In this document: piece by piece, positions 10,038 to 19,752 of the stretch | How positions within the stretch are numbered: position 1 is the stretch's first letter | How the letters are laid out: each line of letters begins with the position of its first letter | Assembly: GCA_018971045.1 (NCBI GenBank) | Contig: JAGWVF010000003.1 | Coordinates: 42,793 to 106,792, forward strand | Reading direction: 5' to 3' | DNA length: 64,000 bases | Source: Patescibacteria group bacterium | GTDB taxonomy: Bacteria > Patescibacteriota > Minisyncoccia > Phycocordibacterales > Phycocordibacteraceae | Made by a program: the position numbers and the translations under genes | Notes under the pieces: generated by a model | Seen by the model: the letters and a program-made list of their open reading frames with translations, nothing else | Told to the model about the DNA's origin: nothing | Databases searched by the model: none

Positions 10038-10743
10038 GGAACATAACATTCAGAAAAAGGTGCTCGATAAAATCCGCGCCGGAAGCGTGGGGATGCGTTC
10101 GCATGCCTATTTTGTCGCGCGCGCGTCACTCATTGGCATTACGGCGGGACTCGTCCTTATCTTCTCGCTCTTTGTGTTAAGTTATGTCTTTTTCAGTATC
10201 CGCGAGAGCGGCACCCATCTCCTTCTCACGTTTGGCGCGCACGGCGTCGCCACGTTCGCCGCGCTTTTCCCGTGGGCTTTTTTCATACTATGTCTTCTTC
10301 TGCTCTTTTTCTTGGGTGAAATGATCCGCCGCCATACATCCGCGTATCGACTCTCGCTCATCCGCCTGTTTGGCGGGATTCTCAGCGGCTCTATCGCTCT
10401 CAGCGCGCTTATCATGCTAACGCCGCTTCACTCTTCGTTTCTCTCGGCGGCGGATCACGATCGTCTGCCCTTCTTGAAATCATGGTATGACCAGATACAC
10501 AGGTCTCACACCGACCGCGGCATCTATCGAGGAACCGTCGTGACGGTCGCCACTTCGAGCTTCACCATTGCGCATAACGAGACCGACCCCGACTCCGACG
10601 AAGGCACCTGGACGGTTGAGCCGCCGACCAATTTCAATATCCGCGCGCTTGCCGTCGGAGAAAAGGTATACGTGGCTGGTACGGCCGCCGCCGGCACCAT
10701 ACGCGCGTTCGGCATCCGCGTGGTACCGCCGCGGCTCAAGTGA
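10030..10743 (+). CDS. Membrane protein, putative anti-sigma factor with a C-terminal DUF5666-like OB-fold domain
   Basis: Overlaps the ECF sigma stop; three hydrophobic segments; C-terminal GTVVTV...ALAVGEKVYVAG pattern. Confidence 0.6.
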   Translation: MSEEHNIQKKVLDKIRAGSVGMRSHAYFVARASLIGITAGLVLIFSLFVLSYVFFSIRESGTHLLLTFGAHGVATFAALFPWAFFILCLLLLFFLGEMIRRHTSAYRLSLIRLFGGILSGSIALSALIMLTPLHSSFLSAADHDRLPFLKSWYDQIHRSHTDRGIYRGTVVTVATSSFTIAHNETDPDSDEGTWTVEPPTNFNIRALAVGEKVYVAGTAAAGTIRAFGIRVVPPRLK

Positions 10744-10797
10744 AAGAGAGGCCGCATCGATCGTGTATCTAGACTGTACTCTTAAAGCGATTCCTCT

Positions 10798-11319
10798 ATG
10801 CCTATCGGTAAAAAACTCATGCTCTCTGCCGGACTGATTGTTGTATCCGCGGCCTATGCGGTCTATCTGCGAGTGGTCAGTCCCGCATCTTCTGCCGCCG
10901 CGGTGCTACCCTCGGTAGCGAATCAGTCCGGAGTGGTTCAAATCGAACCGGCGCCCGCGCCCGCGCAACCGACGGCGGCAGAACCGGCTCCGACACCCGT
11001 ATCGGCGGCGGCGCCCGTCAAAAAAGCGGCCGGACAATACGCCGACGGTTCCTACACCGGAGGCGCCGTTGACGCCTATTACGGCATCGTCCAAGTAAAG
11101 GCGATCGTATCGGGCGGGAAGCTCACGGATATCCAGTTCCTCCAGTATCCGAATGATCGCGACCACACGCGCGAACTCAGCTTCTACGCGATGCCGCTCC
11201 TGAAGCAGGAAGCGATTTCGGCCCAGAATGCTCAGGTTGACAGCATCTCGGGAGCGACCGCCACGAGTGAAGGATTTTCTCAATCGCTCTCATCCGCGCT
11301 CGCTCGGGCGAAAAATTAA
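10798..11319 (+). CDS. Extracytoplasmic FMN-binding domain protein (flavinylation substrate)
   Basis: N-terminal TM anchor, Pro/Ala linker, YADGSYTG and VDSISGATATS ([S/T]GA[S/T] flavinylation motif). Confidence 0.9.
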   Translation: MPIGKKLMLSAGLIVVSAAYAVYLRVVSPASSAAAVLPSVANQSGVVQIEPAPAPAQPTAAEPAPTPVSAAAPVKKAAGQYADGSYTGGAVDAYYGIVQVKAIVSGGKLTDIQFLQYPNDRDHTRELSFYAMPLLKQEAISAQNAQVDSISGATATSEGFSQSLSSALARAKN

Positions 11320-12831
11320 ATGAACTTCATCGACTCATTCCTCAACAAAATAACGATGTACCGCCTCGTTCTGTATTACCTCGCGGCAATACTCGGCATA
11401 GCGGCGATCTTAAGCCTCTTCGGGATTCTCTCCGTCAATCCCGCCGATCTCGCTTTCTCGGCGTTTATCATTCTTGGCGCTTGCTGGAGCAGCAATTGGC
11501 TTTTCGCGAAGACGTTCGACGCGACCGCAAACGTTGAATCATTCTTCATCACCGCGCTCATTTTAACGCTTCTTATCTCACCGGTCGCGCCGACCGATCC
11601 GGCCGGCATCGGCTTCCTCATCTTCGCTTCCGTGTGGGCAATGGCGTCGAAATATATCCTCGCTCTCGGGAAAAAGCACGTCTTCAATCCCGCGGCATTC
11701 GGCGTCGCGCTCTCGGCGCTCGCAATCGGCCGGTCGGCGAGCTGGTGGGGCGCGAGTAACGCGGCGCTTCTTCCGATCATCCTTATTGGCGGACTGCTCG
11801 TCGTGCGCAAGATCCGCCGATTCGATCTCGCGCTTTCTTTCGCGATCGTCTCTTTCCTCACGATCGCCCTCACGGCGACCGGTAACGGCTTTACCGCGAT
11901 TGTGCAGACTGTCCTGCATTCTCCCTTTTTCTTTTTTGGACTCGTGATGCTCACCGAGCCGCTCACGATGCCGCCGAGCCGGCTCTTGCGCTTCTGTTAC
12001 GGCGCTCTGGTCGGCTTCCTCTTCGCGCCGAACATCCATATTGGAACGCTCTACTTTACTCCCGAGCTTGCACTCCTTATCGGCAACATCTTCGTCTATG
12101 CGGTAAGTCCCAAAGGCCGGTATCAGATGGCGCTCGTGGCGAGAAATGAGTTGGCCGCCGGTACGTATGAATTCGTATTCGCTCCGGATCGCCTCTTTCA
12201 TTTCCGTCCTGGACAATATCTCGAATGGACGCTCGGCCACAATAATCCCGACAGCCGCGGCAATCGCCGCTTCTTCACGATCGCTTCGTCGCCGACTGAA
12301 GCAGACGTTCGGCTGGGCGTGAAGTTTTACGGATCGAAAAGCAGCTTTAAGCGCGCGCTCGCGACCATGAAGGCGGCCGAGACGATTTCAGTCTGCCACC
12401 TCTCCGGAGACTTCGTACTGCCGAACGATAAAACAAAGAAACTCGTCTTTATCGCAGGCGGCATCGGCGTCACTCCTTTTCGCAGCATGGTACAATACCT
12501 GATCGATACGAAAGATACGCGCGCCGTCACCCTTCTCTACTCGAATGCTACCGCATCAGAAATTGCGTATAAGGAAGTGTTCGATCGCGCGGCGCGCGAG
12601 ATCGGCATGAAAACGCTGTACGTTCTCACCAACGAGCCGGCTTCCGTTCCTGGCGCCTACCATGGATTCATCGACGGCAAGGTCATTCGTCAGGCTGTTC
12701 CGGAGTACGAAGACTGCACGTTCTTTATCTCCGGCCCGCACGGCATGGTCGAAGCGTTTAAAAAGATATTGACGGACATGGGCGTCTCGCGCTTCAAGAT
12801 CAAGACCGATTATTTCCCGGGTTTCGCATAA
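11320..12831 (+). CDS. RnfD/NqrB-like membrane domain fused to an FNR-type FAD/NAD(P)-binding oxidoreductase
   Basis: SKY..KHVFNPAAFG and MLTEPLT (RnfD/NqrB family); PGQY, RFFTIASSP, AGGIGVTPF and SGPHGMV (FNR family). Confidence 0.88.
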   Translation: MNFIDSFLNKITMYRLVLYYLAAILGIAAILSLFGILSVNPADLAFSAFIILGACWSSNWLFAKTFDATANVESFFITALILTLLISPVAPTDPAGIGFLIFASVWAMASKYILALGKKHVFNPAAFGVALSALAIGRSASWWGASNAALLPIILIGGLLVVRKIRRFDLALSFAIVSFLTIALTATGNGFTAIVQTVLHSPFFFFGLVMLTEPLTMPPSRLLRFCYGALVGFLFAPNIHIGTLYFTPELALLIGNIFVYAVSPKGRYQMALVARNELAAGTYEFVFAPDRLFHFRPGQYLEWTLGHNNPDSRGNRRFFTIASSPTEADVRLGVKFYGSKSSFKRALATMKAAETISVCHLSGDFVLPNDKTKKLVFIAGGIGVTPFRSMVQYLIDTKDTRAVTLLYSNATASEIAYKEVFDRAAREIGMKTLYVLTNEPASVPGAYHGFIDGKVIRQAVPEYEDCTFFISGPHGMVEAFKKILTDMGVSRFKIKTDYFPGFA

Positions 12832-12841
12832 TTCCTACCTT

Positions 12842-14683
12842 ATGAATGCCATCCTCACTCATATAACCGACACCGCAAAAATGATACCGACATGGTTCAT
12901 ATCACTGAAGAAAAAGATCGCGGCCCACAAAGTGATTTCTACCGTCATTATTCTTGTACTGCTCTACGCACTTTATTTTCTTTATGGCGTAATGACCGCG
13001 CCGTCAACCGCTATCCGCTACGTGACCGCTACGGTCGCCACGGGCACCGTCGTCGCGACAATAAGTGAAACCGGCCAAGTCTCGGCAAGCTCAAACGTAA
13101 GTATCCAGTCCCAGTCCTCCGGCGAAGTACTCTCGATCCCGGTGAGCGCCGGACAGCATGTCGTCGCCGGCGCGGCGCTCGCCTCTATCGATCCGACAAG
13201 CGCGCGACAAAACGTTACGAGTGCGCAGCAGGCGCTTCAGTCGGCACGGCTATCTCTCGCTAAACTCCAGGAGCCCGCCACTGCGGTGTCGTTAACTTCG
13301 GCACAAAATGCCGTCGCATCTGCACAGGCAAATCTCGTGCAGATACACCAAGCCGGCTACAACGATGTTTCTACTGCGTTTCTTGCACTTCCGGGAGTAA
13401 TTACGAATCTCGACGCGATCTTGCATGGGTTTGTTGTCCCCGGCCGCACGAGTGAACAAAACGAGTATGCCTATAACGATATGGTGATTCCCTACGATAG
13501 TAGCGTCATCCAGTACCAACAGACGGCCGAGAACGCCTATCAGACTGCCTATTCGGCGTATGCGCAAACGCTTGCTGATTTTAAATCAACACCGCGCACC
13601 GCGAGCGACTCCACGATCGAGGCGCTGATCGCCGAATCATATAAGACTGCCGCGAGTATTTCTGATGCGCTCAAAGCGGCCTCGAATTTCCTTAACTTCG
13701 TCAACTCGACGCTCACGAACCGCAACCTCTCGGTTCCTACCATCCTTACGACGCACCTCTCCACCCTTACCGCCTACACGACATCGACGAACGCGAGTGT
13801 CGCGGCGCTGTCGGCAGATACAGCAAACGTAACCAGTAATGAGCGCGCTCTTGCCGCCGCTCAAGCGGCGCTCACACAGGTAGAGGCTGGCGCTGATCCG
13901 CTCGACATTCAAGCGAGCCAGCTCTCGATCCAGATGAAGCAAGATGCCCTTATCCAGGCCGAACAGGCGCTCGCGAATACGGTCGTTCGGGCGCCGTTTA
14001 GCGGCACCCTCGCCAAACTCGCGGTGCAACAGTACCAGACTATCAGCAATGGAACGGCGGTTGCGACGATGGTAAGCGATAATCAGAGCGTTGCGCTTTC
14101 GGTTAATGAAGTCGATGCGGCGAAGCTTGCGGTTGGCCAGAAAGCGACTCTTACGTTTGACGCGCTTCCAAACATCTCCATTGCCGGAACAGTTTCGTCC
14201 GTCGATACTATTGGCACCGTCTCCTCGGGAGTCGTATCGTACAATGCAGTCGTCACCTTCGACACGCCAAACCAAGCCGTAAAGCCTGGTATGAGCGCGG
14301 CCGCGAGCATCATCACCGGTACCGAGACGGGTCTTCTCGTACCCCAAAGCGCGGTAAAAACCTCAAACGGCCAGAGTTACGTGCAGATCTTCTCGCCTCC
14401 GCTCGCCAATAGCTCGGGAACCACTGGCGCCACTTCATCGACTGCGCCGATACGCGCCTTCGTGACCACCGGTCTTTCGGACAACACGAATATCATCGTT
14501 GAAAGCGGGCTTCTTGACGGCGCACAAGTCGTTATCAAAACAATCGCCGGTTCATCGGCAACAGCCATGTCAAGCGCGGCGCAAAGCACCTCGATCTTCG
14601 GTATCGGCGGCAGCCGGATAGGAGGCGTCCCGGGCTCCACAATCCGTACGACCGGAAATACGGGGAATCGCGCCTCGCCATGA
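12842..14683 (+). CDS. Membrane fusion protein (MacA-like adaptor) with a long coiled coil
   Basis: TM anchor, lipoyl halves (SGEV...; VRAPFSG), EVDAAKL.VGQ, KPGMSA and TGLSD motifs. Confidence 0.88.
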   Translation: MNAILTHITDTAKMIPTWFISLKKKIAAHKVISTVIILVLLYALYFLYGVMTAPSTAIRYVTATVATGTVVATISETGQVSASSNVSIQSQSSGEVLSIPVSAGQHVVAGAALASIDPTSARQNVTSAQQALQSARLSLAKLQEPATAVSLTSAQNAVASAQANLVQIHQAGYNDVSTAFLALPGVITNLDAILHGFVVPGRTSEQNEYAYNDMVIPYDSSVIQYQQTAENAYQTAYSAYAQTLADFKSTPRTASDSTIEALIAESYKTAASISDALKAASNFLNFVNSTLTNRNLSVPTILTTHLSTLTAYTTSTNASVAALSADTANVTSNERALAAAQAALTQVEAGADPLDIQASQLSIQMKQDALIQAEQALANTVVRAPFSGTLAKLAVQQYQTISNGTAVATMVSDNQSVALSVNEVDAAKLAVGQKATLTFDALPNISIAGTVSSVDTIGTVSSGVVSYNAVVTFDTPNQAVKPGMSAAASIITGTETGLLVPQSAVKTSNGQSYVQIFSPPLANSSGTTGATSSTAPIRAFVTTGLSDNTNIIVESGLLDGAQVVIKTIAGSSATAMSSAAQSTSIFGIGGSRIGGVPGSTIRTTGNTGNRASP

Positions 14684-15420
14684 TCGAGTTTCAGAACATA
14701 TCGAAGATCTACAACCCGGGGACTCCTGAAGCATACACTGCTCTCCATAACATCAGCTTCGCCGTCAAAGACGAAGAATTCGTCGCCATCATGGGACCGT
14801 CGGGAAGCGGCAAGTCAACCTTGATGCATATTCTCGGGTGTCTTGATACGCCGACATCGGGTACGTATACACTCGATAACAAGGATGTCTCAACGATGAC
14901 CGACAACGAACTTGCCGAGATACGCAAGGATAAAATCGGTTTTGTCTTTCAGTCGTTTAATCTCCTTCCTCGAACGACTGTCCTCCGTAATGCGATGCTG
15001 CCGCTTGTCTACGCGGGCATCGCACCGCGGGAACGCGAAGCGCGTGCGATCGATGCGCTCCATGCGTCCGGCTTGACCGAAGAACACTTCTCGCATCTCT
15101 CGAATCAGCTCTCGGGCGGCGAGCGCCAGCGCGTCGCGATCGCGCGCGCGCTCGTGAACGAGCCGACTCTTATTCTCGCTGATGAGCCGACCGGCAATCT
15201 CGACTCGCACACGAGCCTGCTCGTCCTCGAGACGCTGCAACGGCTCAACCGTGAACATGGCGTCACTATCGTTCTCATTACGCATGAATCGGACATCGCT
15301 GGCCATGCGGCGCGCATTATCCGCGTTCGCGACGGAATCATTCTATCCGATGAAAAAAATGAGACGGTGCGCGATGCGGCTACTGAGACTAGACTCTATG
15401 ATGATCTCAAACGCTTATGA
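14680..15420 (+). CDS. ABC exporter ATP-binding protein (MacB/LolD family)
   Basis: GPSGSGKST, LSGGERQR and ADEPTGNLD motifs. Confidence 0.95.
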   Translation: MIEFQNISKIYNPGTPEAYTALHNISFAVKDEEFVAIMGPSGSGKSTLMHILGCLDTPTSGTYTLDNKDVSTMTDNELAEIRKDKIGFVFQSFNLLPRTTVLRNAMLPLVYAGIAPREREARAIDALHASGLTEEHFSHLSNQLSGGERQRVAIARALVNEPTLILADEPTGNLDSHTSLLVLETLQRLNREHGVTIVLITHESDIAGHAARIIRVRDGIILSDEKNETVRDAATETRLYDDLKRL

Positions 15421-16652
15421 GAAACCGGGACCTTATTGACGAGACCTATTTTGCCTTGTCAGCGAACAAGGTGCGTTCTGGATTAACCGTCCTTGGTATC
15501 GTGATCGGCATCGCGTCGGTCATCGCGCTCACGGCGATTGGCCAAGGTGCGCAAACCTCGATTCAGACATCGATTCAATCAATCGGTTCCAATCTCATTG
15601 AAGTACTGCCGGGTGCCGCACGGCAATTCGGCTTTGGCGCCTCCGGCGGGCGTGGTACGGCCCGCTCGCTCACGGTCGATGATGAGAACGCGATTCTACA
15701 GGTTGCGAACGTCGCAGCCGTCTCCGGTGAGTTTACCAACCGGTACCAAATCGCCGCCGCGGGCGCGAATACCAATACGATGGTCACTGGCGTCAACGCT
15801 TCCTACGCTGCGATACGGAACCTTACCATTGATCAGGGGTCGTTCATCACGGACAATCAATCCTTATCGCTTGCCAAGGTTGCGGTTATCGGTCCGACGG
15901 TGGTTACGGATCTCTTCGGCGCAAGTGCGGTTTCAAGCGACGCCATCGGCCAGAATATCCGCATCAACAATATTCAATTCCAAATTATCGGCGTGACGAA
16001 AACCAAAGGCGGTTCGAGTTTTGGCAGCCAGGACACGATGGTGTTTATCCCGCTTGGCACCGCGCTCCAGTACTTTGCTGGTAATGGAAACGCTTACCTC
16101 TCGACCATCGATATCCAGGCGACCGATCAAAGCGCGATGACGCAAGTACAGAATGACGTCACCGCGCTCTTGCTTGCTCGCCACAACATGAGCGATCCAA
16201 CCAAAGCTGATTTCAGTATCCTTAATCAAACGGACTTGGTGACCGCCGCGTCAAGCGTCACTTCCACCCTCACGATGCTTCTCGCGGCGATCGCTGGGAT
16301 TTCGCTTATCGTCGGCGGCATCGGAATCATGAACATGATGCTCACGAACGTCACCGAGCGCATGCGCGAGATCGGGCTGCGGAAGGCGATCGGCGCAACC
16401 GAAAAGGACATTAATAATCAATTTCTCGTAGAAGCGATCGCGCTCACCTTTTTGGGCGGTATCTTCGGCATTGCGCTTGGCTGGGGAATATCCTTCGTCG
16501 TTACGCTCTCCGGACTCCTTACCGCACAGGTTACGCTTTCATCGATCCTTCTCGCCTCCGGCGTCTCTGCGGCGATCGGAATCGTTTTCGGCTGGTATCC
16601 CGCTCGCCAAGCGTCGAAACTCAATCCGATCGATGCCCTGCGCTACGAATAG
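15417..16652 (+). CDS. ABC exporter permease (MacB/FtsX family)
   Basis: RSGLTVLGIVIG, GGIGIMNMML..VTER.REIG and LNPIDALRYE motifs. Confidence 0.95.
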   Translation: MRNRDLIDETYFALSANKVRSGLTVLGIVIGIASVIALTAIGQGAQTSIQTSIQSIGSNLIEVLPGAARQFGFGASGGRGTARSLTVDDENAILQVANVAAVSGEFTNRYQIAAAGANTNTMVTGVNASYAAIRNLTIDQGSFITDNQSLSLAKVAVIGPTVVTDLFGASAVSSDAIGQNIRINNIQFQIIGVTKTKGGSSFGSQDTMVFIPLGTALQYFAGNGNAYLSTIDIQATDQSAMTQVQNDVTALLLARHNMSDPTKADFSILNQTDLVTAASSVTSTLTMLLAAIAGISLIVGGIGIMNMMLTNVTERMREIGLRKAIGATEKDINNQFLVEAIALTFLGGIFGIALGWGISFVVTLSGLLTAQVTLSSILLASGVSAAIGIVFGWYPARQASKLNPIDALRYE

Positions 16653-16723
16653 CATAGATTGAGAAGTGAATGAAAAAGTGTACCGCGGTGTACTAGAGAT
16701 ATAATCAACAAATAAATAAATGT

Positions 16724-17128
16724 ATGAATAAAAAGAATAGCATTTTAGTCGCCATCGCTTTGGTCGTCGGTTTTGGCGCGGGCTACGCTCTCCATACCGT
16801 GCCAGTAGCGCCGACGGAGCCAACCGCGACAAGAATGGGCGGCGGCACATACAATGGTATGCGCGGAGGTATGAACGGCGGCGGATTCCTTTCAGGAACC
16901 GTAGCCGCTAAGGACTCGGGAAGCATCACTCTCGATACTCGTGACGGTAGTTCGCATATCATCATTCTTACGCCCGCGACTGTCGTCTCAAAGAGCGTCA
17001 GCGGCGCGCTTACCGATGTCACCGTCGGCTCAACGGCGATGGTATCGGGTACGACCAATAGCGACGGAAGCGTTTCCGCAAATATCATTCAACTACGTCC
17101 GACTTTTCAGCCATCCACAGCGCCTTAA
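16724..17128 (+). CDS. Small exported protein, DUF5666-like
   Basis: Signal/TM segment, Gly/Met-rich linker, and the SGTTNSDGSVSA..IQL pattern seen beside MacAB exporters. Confidence 0.65.
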   Translation: MNKKNSILVAIALVVGFGAGYALHTVPVAPTEPTATRMGGGTYNGMRGGMNGGGFLSGTVAAKDSGSITLDTRDGSSHIIILTPATVVSKSVSGALTDVTVGSTAMVSGTTNSDGSVSANIIQLRPTFQPSTAP

Positions 17129-17145
17129 CGACGGTTCCGTCGATT

Positions 17146-17598
17146 CTATTCAGCCGCCTTCTCTTTCAGGCGTTCGAGCGTCTTCGTAAAGACCGCGAGC
17201 TCGCGCGGCGACAGTACGGAAAAGAGCGCGCCGAGCAGTCCGATGCCCCGCGTGATGGCCTTGGCGAGCTCCGCCTTCCCCTTGAAGGTCAGGCGCAGGC
17301 GCAACATGCGCCGATCTTCGCGATCCGGCACATAGGAAACGAGCCCGTTTTTTACGAGTCCGCGTATAAGCGCGGTCGCCGATGGAGCCGAGATAGATAA
17401 GTAGTCGGCAATGTCTTTCATCTTCGGTTCAGGATGGTCGGAGATAAACTTGAGCGTCTCGATGCGCGGCCATGTCGCGGGATCAAGATGCGTGTCGCGC
17501 GCGAGTGTCGTACGCATGATGCGCCTGACCGCGAAGAACAGTGATATCGCATAGGCGACATCGTGAGACGAGTGGCGTCGTGTAAGCGTGCGCGGCAT
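17146..17598 (-). CDS. MarR family transcriptional regulator
   Basis: IADYL.IS.PS.T.LI..L...G.V....D..DRR...L.LT.KG winged-helix pattern. Confidence 0.9.
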   Translation of the reverse strand: MPRTLTRRHSSHDVAYAISLFFAVRRIMRTTLARDTHLDPATWPRIETLKFISDHPEPKMKDIADYLSISAPSATALIRGLVKNGLVSYVPDREDRRMLRLRLTFKGKAELAKAITRGIGLLGALFSVLSPRELAVFTKTLERLKEKAAE

Positions 17599-17610
17599 GG
17601 ATATATGGTA

Positions 17611-19134
17611 TCAGCCCGCGGCCGCTTCGGCGCGCGCTTCCGCCGATAGTTCCGCGTCGCCCGCATTCGTTCTGAGGAACACGAGCGCGACAATCGCGCC
17701 GATCAGCATCGCCAGCGCGGCGTATCCGAAAACGGATCCGTAGGCCAAGAGATCCGCTTTCAAGATGATGAGCTGAGCCGCTTCGGCAAGGATGGTCGGC
17801 GTTGAACCGATGATGTGGGAATTTTGCGCGACTCTCAGCACATCGGCATTGGTCGCATTCGCGAGCAGTGTCCCGAAAATCGCGATACCGAAAGCGCCGC
17901 CGATATTGCGCGTCAGATTCAGGAGCCCCGAGGACATGCCGACTTCGCTAATCGGCACGGCCGTAGTCGCCGCAGTCGTAAGCGGCGCCATTCCAAGCCC
18001 GAGTCCGGCGCCGAAAAGAACGAGGGGGAGAACGAAATTCCACGAGGTCATGGCGGGATCGAGATGCATCATGCGGTACAACCCGAACGCGGAAAGCGCC
18101 ATACCGAAGGCGACCGTATAGCGCGGATTGATCGACGCCGCGAGCCGACCGCCGAGCGGCGCGAAGAGCGGCAAGGCGAGCGCCATCGGAACAAAGAGGA
18201 GTCCGCTCTCGGTCGCCGAATAGTGCAAGAACGTCTGGGTGAATACAGGCAAGAGGAACATCGCGCCCATCATGCCTCCGAAGGAAATAAACGAGACCGC
18301 GAGTACCGACACGATGATCGGATTGCTGAAGAATTTGAAGTCGATAATCGGATGCGCATGTCGCGTCTCGAACCGATATACTAAGAACCCGAATACTGCC
18401 GTGCCTGCATAACAGAGCAGGCTCGCATTCGAGAGCCACCCCCACTCTTGGCCGCGGTCAACCACAAGCACGAGGCTCGAGATCGCGCCGGAGAGGAGCA
18501 GTGCGCCCAGCCAATCGAAAGCGCCGCGCTCGCCCGGACGGTCGTGCGGAAGAAAGAGGAGCGTCATAAGGAGACCCATGATGCCGATCGGCAAATTGAT
18601 GAAGAAGACCCAGCGCCATACGTAGTTATCAACAAGGTATCCGCCGAGCAACGGTCCGATGACCGCCGAAACGGCGAACGAGGACGACCAGATGCCGAGC
18701 GCCTGCGCGCGCGCTTTTTGATCGGTAAATGATTTCGCGATGAGAGACATCGCCGTTGGATATATCGCCGCTCCGACGAGCCCCTGCAACACGCGGAAGA
18801 AAACCATCGAGCTGAAATCCCACGCGAATCCCGCGAACATCGACACGATAATGAAGCCGGCAAAACTCCAGAGATAAATGACGCGATTGCCGAACAAGTC
18901 GCCCAGCTTGCCGAATACCGGCACGAAGATCGCGTTGCTGATGATGTAGGCCGTCGCAATCCACGCGGCCGTCGACACCGTGATGCCGAAATCGCTGATC
19001 ATCTTGGGCATCGCGAGATTCACCACGGTGCGATCGAGGCCGATGAGCAACGTGCCGACCATCACGGTCGAGAGCACGAGCCACGGATGTCCCGTGAGCC
19101 GGTGCGCCGATGACTGCTCAAGCGTCCGTTCCAT
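17611..19134 (-). CDS. DHA2 (EmrB/QacA) MFS efflux permease
   Basis: LDRTVVNLAMP, GKLGDLFG, GPLLGG, WRWVFFINLPIG and RNIGG motifs; about 14 TM segments. Confidence 0.93.
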   Translation of the reverse strand: MERTLEQSSAHRLTGHPWLVLSTVMVGTLLIGLDRTVVNLAMPKMISDFGITVSTAAWIATAYIISNAIFVPVFGKLGDLFGNRVIYLWSFAGFIIVSMFAGFAWDFSSMVFFRVLQGLVGAAIYPTAMSLIAKSFTDQKARAQALGIWSSSFAVSAVIGPLLGGYLVDNYVWRWVFFINLPIGIMGLLMTLLFLPHDRPGERGAFDWLGALLLSGAISSLVLVVDRGQEWGWLSNASLLCYAGTAVFGFLVYRFETRHAHPIIDFKFFSNPIIVSVLAVSFISFGGMMGAMFLLPVFTQTFLHYSATESGLLFVPMALALPLFAPLGGRLAASINPRYTVAFGMALSAFGLYRMMHLDPAMTSWNFVLPLVLFGAGLGLGMAPLTTAATTAVPISEVGMSSGLLNLTRNIGGAFGIAIFGTLLANATNADVLRVAQNSHIIGSTPTILAEAAQLIILKADLLAYGSVFGYAALAMLIGAIVALVFLRTNAGDAELSAEARAEAAAG

Positions 19135-19136
19135 CG

Positions 19137-19751
19137 TTATTTCGTATAAATCTGCATGCGCGCCGACATTCCGTTTCTGAGCTCTTGAAAGGCGTTCGTG
19201 TCGAAACGCGCTTTGATATCGAACTGCTGTATCTGGCGCTGATCTGAAATATTAAACACGATACCCGATTGATTCGAGGTTGGCGCGATCTCGTCGATGA
19301 TGCCGGTAAACTGCCGCGATCCGAAAGCGTCAACGGTAAATGTAACCGGATCGCCGACGCGTATCTCGGCGAACCCCTTCGTCTCGTCGATGCGTCCTAC
19401 GACGCGCAGATCCGTTGGGTCGATCATCGTGACTACCGGCACGCTCGAGGTTATCTGCGATCCGATCGCGCCGTTAATGGAAACGATAAGGCCGGCGACC
19501 TTGCTCGTGAGAGTCTGCGTCCCTACTTCAGCGAGCGGCTGATTCGCGGTAACGGTATCTCCCGGCTGCACATACACGGCATCGAGCCGTCCCGATGCCG
19601 CAGGTGTGAGCGCGATAAGCGGGGCTTGGATGCTCGCCGTGTCAACCGACACGCGGCCATTCGTCGCGATACCATACGCGGCAGTGAGGCCGGCCGCTAT
19701 GATGAGCAGAGCCGCTCCTCCGACATAGAGCTGTTTCGTGTGATTTTTCAT
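19137..19751 (-). CDS. Short HlyD/EmrA-like adaptor lacking the coiled coil
   Basis: TM anchor, lipoyl halves directly joined, FTVDAF...F.G and LRNGMSA. Confidence 0.82.
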   Translation of the reverse strand: MKNHTKQLYVGGAALLIIAAGLTAAYGIATNGRVSVDTASIQAPLIALTPAASGRLDAVYVQPGDTVTANQPLAEVGTQTLTSKVAGLIVSINGAIGSQITSSVPVVTMIDPTDLRVVGRIDETKGFAEIRVGDPVTFTVDAFGSRQFTGIIDEIAPTSNQSGIVFNISDQRQIQQFDIKARFDTNAFQELRNGMSARMQIYTK

Positions 19752-19752
19752 A

